Shown piece after piece: positions 1 through 8,888 of a DNA stretch of 11,404 bases. Made by a program: the position numbers and the translations under genes. The stretch's first letter is position 1; each line of letters begins with the position of its first letter. The notes under the pieces are model-generated. The model ran no database searches. It saw only the letters and a program-made list of their open reading frames with translations, and was not told the DNA's origin. The stretch comes from Candidatus Methylomirabilia bacterium (GTDB lineage Bacteria > Methylomirabilota > Methylomirabilia > Rokubacteriales > CSP1-6): NCBI GenBank assembly GCA_041497895.1, contig JBGQHJ010000155.1, forward strand, positions 1-11,404, written 5' to 3'.

Positions 1-104
1 ACCCGCCGGCCGCCGCGGGCGGGCACCACGAGCAGTCGCCCCAGGAGGTGGCGCGCGACGGCCACGACGTCGGGGTGGGTGTAGAAGCTTCGTGCGAGCT
101 TCAC
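1..104 (-). CDS. DNA-3-methyladenine glycosylase (MPG/AAG family), 5' portion; runs off the window start
   Basis: Manual translation from GTG at 104 gives MKLARSFYTHPDVVAVARHLLGRLLVVPARGGRR(V). This matches the MPG N-terminal pattern 'L.R.FY...dv..VAR.LLGk.Lv' that precedes the 'IVETEAY' motif. Not in the ORF track because it is truncated. Confidence 0.85.
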   Translation of the reverse strand, partial: MKLARSFYTHPDVVAVARHLLGRLLVVPARGGRR

Positions 105-244
105 GCCGAGCGCGGGAAGACGCGGTTCTGGCGGATCAGGCGGTCGGCGGGCTCGTAGAGGGCGAGGAGCTCCCGGCCGAGACGGGCCGCGTCCGCGTCC
201 CAGCGTCGGCCGGTGAGCGGCTCGACGAGCTGGCCGACGGTCAG
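101..244 (-). CDS. Uncalled small ORF (47 aa, probable CTG start) or gene remnant: (M)TVGQLVEPLTGRRWDADAARLGRELLALYEPADRLIRQNRVFPRSA
   Basis: The frame is open from 340 to 101 with no ATG/GTG/TTG. 45 of the 47 codons from 244 end in G/C. The TGA (103-101) overlaps the glycosylase GTG as GTGA. SD-like GAGAGG lies just upstream of tandem CTG CTG (247-242). Confidence 0.45.
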   Translation of the reverse strand: MTVGQLVEPLTGRRWDADAARLGRELLALYEPADRLIRQNRVFPRSA

Positions 245-275
245 CAGGACGAGCCTCTCATCATGACGGACCGGG

Positions 276-281
276 ATGATA
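276..281 (-). promoter_or_regulatory. Candidate sigma-70-type -10 element TATCAT for the small ORF/glycosylase unit
   Basis: The minus strand reads gcggTATCATcccgg (5/6 match to TATAAT) in GC-rich context. There is no convincing -35 at 17 bp. Confidence 0.35.
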
Positions 282-436
282 CCGCGGCGGCCGCTGGTGA
301 AAGTGATCGAATTGCGGGCAGATGTGATGCGGGGCCACCGTCAGGGGCGTCAACGGCGATCGTGGTCGGGTCGGGATTGCCGGGTAGAACCGACGCGATT
401 CGCGGGTTTCCGCGCTGGCAAGACCGCGAAGCGCGG

Positions 437-451
437 TGGCATGGCCCTTGC
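437..451 (+). promoter_or_regulatory. Sigma-54 (-24/-12) promoter TGGCATGGCCCTTGC
   Basis: Near match to TGGCAC-N5-TTGC with exact GG-N10-GC spacing (GG 438-439, GC 450-451). It ends 15 bp before the ATG at 466. Confidence 0.75.
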
Positions 452-465
452 GCTGCCGCTCCCGC

Positions 466-678
466 ATGATGACGCCCCTACCCGAGGATCTGCTGGCAGA
501 GTGCCGGGCCGCTGGCAGTGGTCTCGCCGCGGTGGTCGAGTCGGTGCTGCGAGAGGAAGCCCCCTACGCGGTCGTGCCGGCGGCCGGGGTGGAGGCGTGG
601 CAGGCGCGCGAGCCGGGGCTGTGGAGAAGGGTCGCGGACTGGCTGGACGAGCGCGGCGTCACCCTCGTCCAGGTGTGA
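466..678 (+). CDS. Small hypothetical protein (70 aa)
   Basis: MMTPLPEDLLAECRAAGSGL...[18 protein letters not shown]. Protein-like composition and mostly G/C-ending codons. It lies directly behind the sigma-54 motif; the track's GTG start at 436 overlaps that motif, so 466 or 469 is preferred. Its 3' end overlaps mak by 20 bp. Confidence 0.65.
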   Translation: MMTPLPEDLLAECRAAGSGLAAVVESVLREEAPYAVVPAAGVEAWQAREPGLWRRVADWLDERGVTLVQV

Positions 679-2093
679 GCAGGATGCGGGCGATGCCGGC
701 CAGGGGAATGGGAACCCAGTCCGGCCGGTTGTTCAGCTCGTAGCCCAGCTCGTAGCAGGCCTTCTCCAGCTCGAAGGCGGCGCAGGCGTCGAGCAGCGCG
801 GCCTCGGAGGCCGGGACGAGCGGAGCCGGGCTCTTCGCCGCGGCTTCGCGATACCCGTCGAGGAAGGCGCGGCGCGCGAGGGCTTCCCAAGCGGTGAGCG
901 CGGCCAGCGCGGCCGGGCGGTCGGCCGCGGGCTTCCCGAAGGCCACCGCGTGCGCGGCGTAGTCGAGCGAGCGCAGCATCCCGGCCACGTCCCGGAGGGC
1001 GGAATGCTTCGCGCGGCGCTCCGCGAGCGGGCGCGCGGGCTCACCCTCGAAGTCGATGATCACGAATCCCTCCCGCGTCTTCAGGACTTGCCCCAGATGA
1101 TAGTCGCCGTGCCCGCGGATCTTGACGGTGCCGGTGAGCGCCCCGAGCGGGGCCAGCGCGCGGGCGAGATCGCCACGGAGATCCGGGCTCTCCGGGAGCA
1201 GACGCGCGAGGTCGTCGGCGCCGAGATCGCGGGTGATCGCTCCCGCCCAGCGGGCGACGTCGTCGCGGGTGATCGGCTCGGGCCGAAATGCGGGATCGGC
1301 GGGGTCGGAGGCGAGCGCCGCGTGGAGTCCGCCGGTGATCACTCCGAGCCGCCTCATGTCTTGGACCAGCGGATCGGACTCCGCCGGATCCGGCTTCCCC
1401 TCGATCGAGCGGGTGCGCCGCCGGAGCGCCGTGACCACGTGGCTCCAGCCGTCGCCCGCGTTGTCCACGAACTCCTGGAGCACCGCGAGCGTGGCGAGCC
1501 CGTCGACCCCGTCGTATTCCACCCAGCCGGCCAGCCGCGGCACCTCGCGGAACGACGTCCGGGTCGTGAGGAAGCGGGTGACCTCGAGATCCGGGTTGAG
1601 GCCGGGCCGGGGCCGCCGGAGTGACTTGAGCACGAGCGCCGAGCCCAGGACGACGGACGTGTTGCTCTGCTCGCCGGAGTGCCGCCGGGCCGGCAGCGAC
1701 GTGAGATTGGGCGGAAAGATCCAGCCCGGCGTCGACCGGAAGTGGAAGCGGCCGGCGTGGCCGTCGACGGTGCGGCCCGCTACGATGGCCGCGAGGAGCC
1801 GTCGTCCGAACCGCGGGTCGTCGTGGGCGTCCACGACGGCCTCCGGGCCGAGCCGGGCGACCGCAGCGTCGGCCGCGGCCGCCGACGACACGGTGACCGG
1901 GACATAGTAGCGGTCGCCGTCGACGTCGAGGAGGACGAGCACGAGCGGCGGGTTGGGCTCGAGCGTGGCCCAGTCCAGCACGGCGAGCGCACCGATCCCG
2001 CGCGTCTTGGCCGCGAACCAGCGCTGGCGGATCAGGAATTGCGCGAGATCGGAGCGGCCGGGACCCGAGAGGAGCGCGACGAGCGCGGCCGGA

Positions 2094-2119
<26 letters not shown>
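659..2119 (-). CDS. mak: Maltokinase (Mak/Pep2)
   Basis: Motifs [59 protein letters not shown] and [19 protein letters not shown]. Lies downstream of treS. The start is less certain because there is no SD and it overlaps treS by 26 bp. Confidence 0.93.
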
Positions 2120-3767
<1,648 letters not shown>

Positions 3768-3774
3768 TCAGGCC

Positions 3775-5757
3775 TCACGCGAAGTAGTCGAAGTCGCGCT
3801 CGCGCCGGCGCCAGCGGCCCACGCGGTAGATGTGGGCGGGGGCCACCCGCGGGTCCAGGCGCACCGCGTGGGCGGCGCCGCGGACGAGGCGGCGCTCGTC
3901 GGCGAGCAGCTCGTGGAGCTCGTAGGTCTCGTCCGCGGCGATGCCGATCTCGCCGAGCGGGATCTCGAGGGTCGCCTCGTGGGTCGCGAAGGGGTCGAGG
4001 TTCACCGCCACCAGGATCACGTTGTCCCGCGCGGGGGTCATCTTGCCGTAGAAGAGCACGTGCGGGCTGTCCGCGCGGTAGAAGCGCAGGCCGCGCATCC
4101 CGTGGAGGGCCGCGTTGTCCCGGCGGATGGCGTTGAGCCGCGCGATGTGGTCCGTGATGTTCCCGGGGGTGTCCCAGTCGCGCACCCGGATCTCGTACTT
4201 CTCCGAGCCCCGATACTCCTCGGTGCCGGGCAGGGGCGTGGCCTCGCACAGCTCGAAGCCGCTGTACATCCCCCACAGCGACGAGAGCGTCGCGGCCAGA
4301 ACGGCGCGCATCCGGAAGGCGGGCGGGCCCCCGCGCTGTAGCACCTCGGGCAGGATGTCCGGCGTGTTGACGAAGAAGTGGCCCCGGAAGTATTCCGCCA
4401 TCTCCGACCGGGTCAGCTCCTCGAGGTACTCGGTCAGCTCCTCCTTGAAGTTGCGCCAGGTGAAGTAGGTGTAGGACTGCGAGAACCCGGCCTTGGCCAG
4501 CGCGCGCATGACCTTCGGACGCGTGAAGGCCTCCGAGAGGAACACCACGTCGGGGTCACGCTCCTGGACTTCCCGGATCAGCCACGCCCAGAAGTCGAGC
4601 GGCTTGGTGTGAGGGTTGTCGACCCGGAAGATCCGCACGCCCTGGTCGATCCAGAAGCGCACCACGCCGAGCAGCGCGTCCCAGAGCGCCGTCCAGGCCG
4701 GGCTCGCGAAGTTGATCGGGTAGATGTCCTGGTATTTCTTGGGCGGATTCTCCGCGTACTTGATGGTCCCGTCCGGCCGCCGGTAGAACCACTCCGGATG
4801 CTCGCGCACCCACGGGTGATCCGGCGAGCACTGGATGGCGAAGTCCAGCGCGATCTCCAGCCCGAGACCTTGGGCCGCCTTGACGAGCCGCCGGAAATCC
4901 TCGAGGGTGCCGAGCTCCGGATGGGTCGCGGTGTGGCCGCCTTCGGGACTACCGATGGCCCACGGGCTGCCCGGGTCGCCGGGGCCCGCGACGAGGGCAT
5001 TGTCGGGGCCCTTGCGCGCGGTGCGGCCGATGGGATGGATGGGCGGCAGATACACGACGTCGAAGCCCATCCGCCGGATCTCCGGTAGCCGGTCGATGCA
5101 ATCGTCGAAGGTGCCGTGACGGCCGGGTACGCGGCTCTGCGAGCGCGGGAACAGCTCGTACCACGCCGCGAAGGCCGCCTCCGGCCGGTCCACCACCACC
5201 TCCAGCTCGCGGTCGTGGCGCGTGAGATCGGGCCGCGGCGCCACTCGCGCCATGATCTGACGCAGGTCTCCATCGAGCAGCACGTCGAGCCGCGCGTCAC
5301 GCGCCGGCGAGGCGCCCAGACGATCGAGCGCGCGGCCGAGCGCGGCGGCGTCCGGGCCGTGGGCCGCCTCCCGGGCGCGCCTCAGCATCCCCGTCCCTTC
5401 CAGCAGCTCGCTCGCGAGGTCCGCCTGCCCGCCCGCGATGCGTCGGCGCATCTCCTCCGCCCACGAGCCGAAGGTGTCGGTCCAGGCCTCGACGGTGTAG
5501 CGATAGCGCGTGTTGGCCTCGAGCGGGAACGCGCCGGCCCAGCCGTCGTTGTCCACCGGGAGGAGCGGCGCCTCGCGCCAGTCGGCCTCGCCCCGAGCGC
5601 GGTAGCGGATCCGGGCGGCCAGGAGATCGTGCCCCTCCTTGAAGATGTCGGCCGAGACGGTGAGCGCCTCGCCGACGATCCGCTTCACCGGGTAACCGCC
5701 GTCGTCCACGACGGGCCGCACGTGCTCGATCACGATCGGCCGGCGCGCCGCCTTCAT
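3775..5757 (-). CDS. glgE: Alpha-1,4-glucan:maltose-1-phosphate maltosyltransferase (GH13_3), 660 aa
   Basis: True start MKAARRPIVIEHVRP at ATG 5757 (ATGA overlap with the upstream stop). Motifs WYELFPRS, GFDVVYLPPIHPIG, YAENPPKKYQDIYP, and catalytic FRVDNPHTKP / FLSEAFTRP / VNTPDIL. Confidence 0.97.
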   Translation of the reverse strand: MKAARRPIVIEHVRPVVDDGGYPVKRIVGEALTVSADIFKEGHDLLAARIRYRARGEADWREAPLLPVDNDGWAGAFPLEANTRYRYTVEAWTDTFGSWAEEMRRRIAGGQADLASELLEGTGMLRRAREAAHGPDAAALGRALDRLGASPARDARLDVLLDGDLRQIMARVAPRPDLTRHDRELEVVVDRPEAAFAAWYELFPRSQSRVPGRHGTFDDCIDRLPEIRRMGFDVVYLPPIHPIGRTARKGPDNALVAGPGDPGSPWAIGSPEGGHTATHPELGTLEDFRRLVKAAQGLGLEIALDFAIQCSPDHPWVREHPEWFYRRPDGTIKYAENPPKKYQDIYPINFASPAWTALWDALLGVVRFWIDQGVRIFRVDNPHTKPLDFWAWLIREVQERDPDVVFLSEAFTRPKVMRALAKAGFSQSYTYFTWRNFKEELTEYLEELTRSEMAEYFRGHFFVNTPDILPEVLQRGGPPAFRMRAVLAATLSSLWGMYSGFELCEATPLPGTEEYRGSEKYEIRVRDWDTPGNITDHIARLNAIRRDNAALHGMRGLRFYRADSPHVLFYGKMTPARDNVILVAVNLDPFATHEATLEIPLGEIGIAADETYELHELLADERRLVRGAAHAVRLDPRVAPAHIYRVGRWRRRERDFDYFA

Positions 5758-6995
5758 CGCCAGCGGTCCACCAGGTAGGGCTTGTCCTCCTCGAACATGC
5801 CGCCGAGGCGCGCCGCGCTCTGCAGCATCGCGGCGGGAGGCCGGGCCTGCGTCTCGAGGATCACCGAGGCGGCCCGGCCCAGATAGAGCGGCGCCAGCGA
5901 CTGGGCCGCGTGGCTCCGGTAGATGACCCGGGCGCGATAGGCGAGCAGGAAGTCGTAGACGACGCGGGTCCAGAGCCGGTCCGTGAAGCGGAAGCGCTCG
6001 ATCGGCCGGTCGCTCAGCGCGAGCACCTCGCCCAGGTTCTCGGGGGCGAGGATGCGCTCCCACACCGGGAGGAGATCGCGGACGCCCTGGACGAAGCCCA
6101 CCTGCATGAGCGAAGGATCCACCGGGGGGCCGCCGGCGAGCGGCTCGGGCGGCGCCCCGAAGCTCATCACCGGCTCGGAGCCGCGGATGTCGAGCCAGTA
6201 GTTCTCGAAGCTCTCGGCGAGGGCGAAGAGCGCGCCGGCCACCCGACCCACGGTGCGCCCGAGCGGTGCGGGCGGATGCGCGGAGGCCACGGTGCGCGTG
6301 CCGAGCACGGCCTGGCCCAGCGGGAGCCCCTGCTCGATGGCCGCGGCGGGCAGCCAGAACTCGAGGCCGTGCTGGCCGAGATCCGTCTCCCAGATCGGCG
6401 ACTTGAGAAAGGTGTCGGCGGCCGCCGCGGAGCAGGCGAACTCCTCGGCCAGCGGATGCGCGAGCTGGCGGCCGAAGAGGCTGCGCATCAGCGGCACGAC
6501 GAGGGCCTGGGTGAGCGTCCCGTCGTAGCGGTAGCGCCGGTAGAGCGGCAGCACCAGGCCGTAGTCCTCCTTGAGCACCGGGGTGGCGAGGCCGCGCAGC
6601 CACTCCCCGGTCATGCTGCTGAGATCCGCGTTCAGCATGACGATCGCGCGGGCCTCGAGCCGCCGCCCGACGGTGAGGGTCGCGCGCACGGCCCCCGACC
6701 AGTCCAGCTCGTCGTCGCCGCCGTGGGTAGAGCCGGCGGAGGCGACCGGGACCACGCGGAGGTCGCCGAGGGCCGCCGCCACCGCGACCGTCGTCTCCTC
6801 CGACGGCGCCTGATCGACGTGAACGACCGCGGCGGTCTGGCCGGCGAAGTGCCCCTCCAGCCCCGCGCGGACCGCGGCGGCCACCGGGGCGAGGGCGGGG
6901 ATCGGCCCGGACGTCGCCAGTCCGACCACGAGGTCGGCGGTGCCGATCCGCTCGACGGCGGCCCTGGCCTCGTCGGGGAGCGCGGCGGGCTCCAT
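5754..6995 (-). CDS. Glucosylglycerate/mannosylglycerate synthase-like GT-A fold protein (413 aa) with degenerate active-site motifs
   Basis: Starts MEPAALPDEARAAVERIGTADLVVG at ATG 6995 (TGATG overlap). The family is recognisable from PLYRRYRYDGTLT, IWETD, RGSEPV, WTRVVYDF, SLAPLYLGRAAS and KPYLVDRW. The expected DxD reads NAD. Confidence 0.8.
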   Translation of the reverse strand: MEPAALPDEARAAVERIGTADLVVGLATSGPIPALAPVAAAVRAGLEGHFAGQTAAVVHVDQAPSEETTVAVAAALGDLRVVPVASAGSTHGGDDELDWSGAVRATLTVGRRLEARAIVMLNADLSSMTGEWLRGLATPVLKEDYGLVLPLYRRYRYDGTLTQALVVPLMRSLFGRQLAHPLAEEFACSAAAADTFLKSPIWETDLGQHGLEFWLPAAAIEQGLPLGQAVLGTRTVASAHPPAPLGRTVGRVAGALFALAESFENYWLDIRGSEPVMSFGAPPEPLAGGPPVDPSLMQVGFVQGVRDLLPVWERILAPENLGEVLALSDRPIERFRFTDRLWTRVVYDFLLAYRARVIYRSHAAQSLAPLYLGRAASVILETQARPPAAMLQSAARLGGMFEEDKPYLVDRWR

Positions 6996-8197
6996 CACCG
7001 GGTCAGATGCGCGAGCAGCGCCAGGTAGTCGCTCAGGTGCCGGGTCACGAGAAAGTTGCGGCGCACGTGTTCCCGCCCGGCCGCGCCCATGCGGCCGATC
7101 AGCTCCGGGTTGCTCAGTAGCTGCCGGATGCGGAACGCGGCGCCCTCCACAGTCTCCACGGTATACCCGGTGACGTTGGCGACCATCTGAAATGGGATGC
7201 CGCCCGCGATCGTGCCGATCACCGGCTTGCCCTTCCACATGGCGGTGGCCACCTCGATGGTGAAGTCGGCCTTGAGCGGCTTCTGGATGGCGATGGTCGC
7301 GGCCCGCTCGAGCGCGTTCAGCTCCGTCTGGGGATCCGGGGGCAGCACGATCACCGCGATGTCGGGATCGCGGCCCGCGGCCTCCTGCACGTCGGACAGG
7401 GCGTCGCCGCTGGGGGCGGGCGGCGGTCCCGCGAGCACGAGCCGGACGTCGTGATGCTTCTTGACGAGGCGGTAGGCGTTGATCACCCCCAGGGGATCGT
7501 GGAGCCGCTCGAACGGTCCGACCTGGAGGAGGATGGGCTTGTCGCGCGGGACGTGGAGGCGGTCCATCTGCACCGCCTGCTCGGCGCGCGTCATCTCGCG
7601 GTTGCGCTCGGAGAGCGGGTCGATGGACGGGTACACGATGAAGCGCGGGATGGAGAGCGCCGCCGCGAACCGGGCGAGCGAGAACACCGCCGCGTCGTAA
7701 CGCTGCACCACCGGCCGGAGCGCGTTCCAGAGCTGGGGCTGGGCCGAGGACAGATCCTGGTGGCAGCGCCAGACCCACCGCCCGGCGGGGCCACGCGACT
7801 CGACGAGCCCGAGGGGCGCCGCGTCGTGCACCATCACCAGATCGGCCTCGAGCCGAAGCCGGCGCGCGTTCTCGACGCCGGTCTCCCGCAGCCGGGCCAG
7901 CATGGCCTCGGTGATGACCTGCTCGGTGCCCCCGAGCGCCTTGCCCACCGCGCGCCCGACCTGGTCGAAGTCGGCGGTGCCGATCGTGATCTCCCAGCTC
8001 GTCTCCACCCCGAGGTCGTTCAGGATGGGTACGACCCGATTCAGGACCTCCACCAGCCCGCCGCCGTAGCGGGAGGCGCTCACGTGGACGAGCCGCCGCC
8101 CGCGAAGGCGCTCGCCGATACGCATGAGGAAGTCCACCGCGCCGCGCGGCGCCACCTGGCGGTAGTCGTCGAGCTTGAGCAGCGCGCCCTGGGCCAT
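6995..8197 (-). CDS. TreT-like (trehalose glycosyltransferring synthase, GT4) protein (400 aa) with degenerate donor-binding motifs
   Basis: Starts MAQGALLKLDDY at ATG 8197 (TGATG overlap, GGGGAG SD). TreT hallmarks are GGG, VHD, WVWRCHQDLS, PSIDPLSERN, AMWKGKPVIG..AGGIPFQ and MGAAGREHVRRNFL. The GT4 E-x7-E motif is absent. Confidence 0.85.
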   Translation of the reverse strand: MAQGALLKLDDYRQVAPRGAVDFLMRIGERLRGRRLVHVSASRYGGGLVEVLNRVVPILNDLGVETSWEITIGTADFDQVGRAVGKALGGTEQVITEAMLARLRETGVENARRLRLEADLVMVHDAAPLGLVESRGPAGRWVWRCHQDLSSAQPQLWNALRPVVQRYDAAVFSLARFAAALSIPRFIVYPSIDPLSERNREMTRAEQAVQMDRLHVPRDKPILLQVGPFERLHDPLGVINAYRLVKKHHDVRLVLAGPPPAPSGDALSDVQEAAGRDPDIAVIVLPPDPQTELNALERAATIAIQKPLKADFTIEVATAMWKGKPVIGTIAGGIPFQMVANVTGYTVETVEGAAFRIRQLLSNPELIGRMGAAGREHVRRNFLVTRHLSDYLALLAHLTR

Positions 8198-8859
8198 CAG
8201 GACATCTCCCCGGAGATGGCGTCGCTGAGCACGCTCAGGTGCCGGTCGCGGATGCGCTCGAGGCTGCCCGCGTGGGGGTCGATGTGGGCCAGCCGGTCGG
8301 CCAGCTCGTGCAGGCCGAGGGCGCCCCCGACCCATTCCGCGAAATCACCGCGCCCGCGGCCCGAGCGATAGCGCGCCTCGATCGTGTGGTAGAAGAGCGC
8401 GCTCACGTCCACCTCGGCGAGGGCGTCGCGGAACTCGGCGAGGGTGCGGGCCTGGTGTCCGGTGGGCACCGGGACCAGGTGCATCTGGAAGAAGCGGAAG
8501 CGCTTGCCCTGGGTCCGCGGGGGGGCCACGCTCAGGTGCTGCAGGTGATCGGAGATGGTGGCGATCAGCTCCTCCCGCACGCGCTCCATGGAGCCGGCCT
8601 CGAAGGCATCGACCGCGGCGAGCCGCTCGGCCAGCCGCACGTCGCGCACCTCGGTGCCCACCCAGAGCGAGAAGTCGTTGGGGTAGGCCTCGGGCAGCAC
8701 CGGGCGGTGCAGGAGCGCGGCCGAGGTGTGGCAGAAGATGGACTCGACCGGCACGCGCGCGAGCTGCTCGAGCAGCTCGCGGGCGTCGTGGGCCTCGTGG
8801 GGCAGGAGCTCGTTCAGCTCCAGACAGCCGAGGAAGACGAAGGGCTCGGTCGGGCTCAT
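8197..8859 (-). CDS. DUF5752-like protein (TreT-associated, OrfY-like), 220 aa, two internal repeats
   Basis: MSPTEPFVF...SIFCHT...PNDFSLWV...LAERLAAVD is repeated as FRF...ALFYHT...GDFAEWV...LADRLAHIDP. This family is typically encoded just upstream of treT. ATG 8859 is preferred over 8886. Confidence 0.8.
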   Translation of the reverse strand: MSPTEPFVFLGCLELNELLPHEAHDARELLEQLARVPVESIFCHTSAALLHRPVLPEAYPNDFSLWVGTEVRDVRLAERLAAVDAFEAGSMERVREELIATISDHLQHLSVAPPRTQGKRFRFFQMHLVPVPTGHQARTLAEFRDALAEVDVSALFYHTIEARYRSGRGRGDFAEWVGGALGLHELADRLAHIDPHAGSLERIRDRHLSVLSDAISGEMS

Positions 8860-8863
8860 GCGG

Positions 8864-8869
8864 TAAGCT
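8864..8869 (+). promoter_or_regulatory. Candidate -10 element TAAGCT for glgM
   Basis: TAnnnT hexamer in the 29-bp gap, ending 20 bp before the GTG at 8889. No recognisable -35. Confidence 0.3.
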
Positions 8870-8888
8870 CTCGTCCGAGACGGCATCC

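Noticed and set aside
325..353. Minus-strand TTGACG (353-348) as a sigma-70 -35 element
   Set aside because: No TAnnnT hexamer at 16-18 bp spacing.
92..743. Plus-strand ORFs 92..469 and 276..743 and minus-strand ORF 261..467
   Set aside because: They cross the regulatory region and better-supported ORFs, with no motifs and unconvincing composition.
5758..6603. N-terminal extension making GlgE 942 aa
   Set aside because: Off-frame overlap with the Ggs-like gene. GlgE homology begins at ATG 5757, which is coupled to the upstream stop.
5754..8197. Calling the two degenerate glycosyltransferases pseudogenes
   Set aside because: No stops, frameshifts or truncations; lengths, codon bias and start/stop coupling are intact.
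6996..8335. Track extensions of the Ggs-like ORF (to 7778) and the TreT-like ORF (to 8335)
   Set aside because: Both lie in alternative frames of the upstream real genes. TGATG junctions define the starts at 6995 and 8197.
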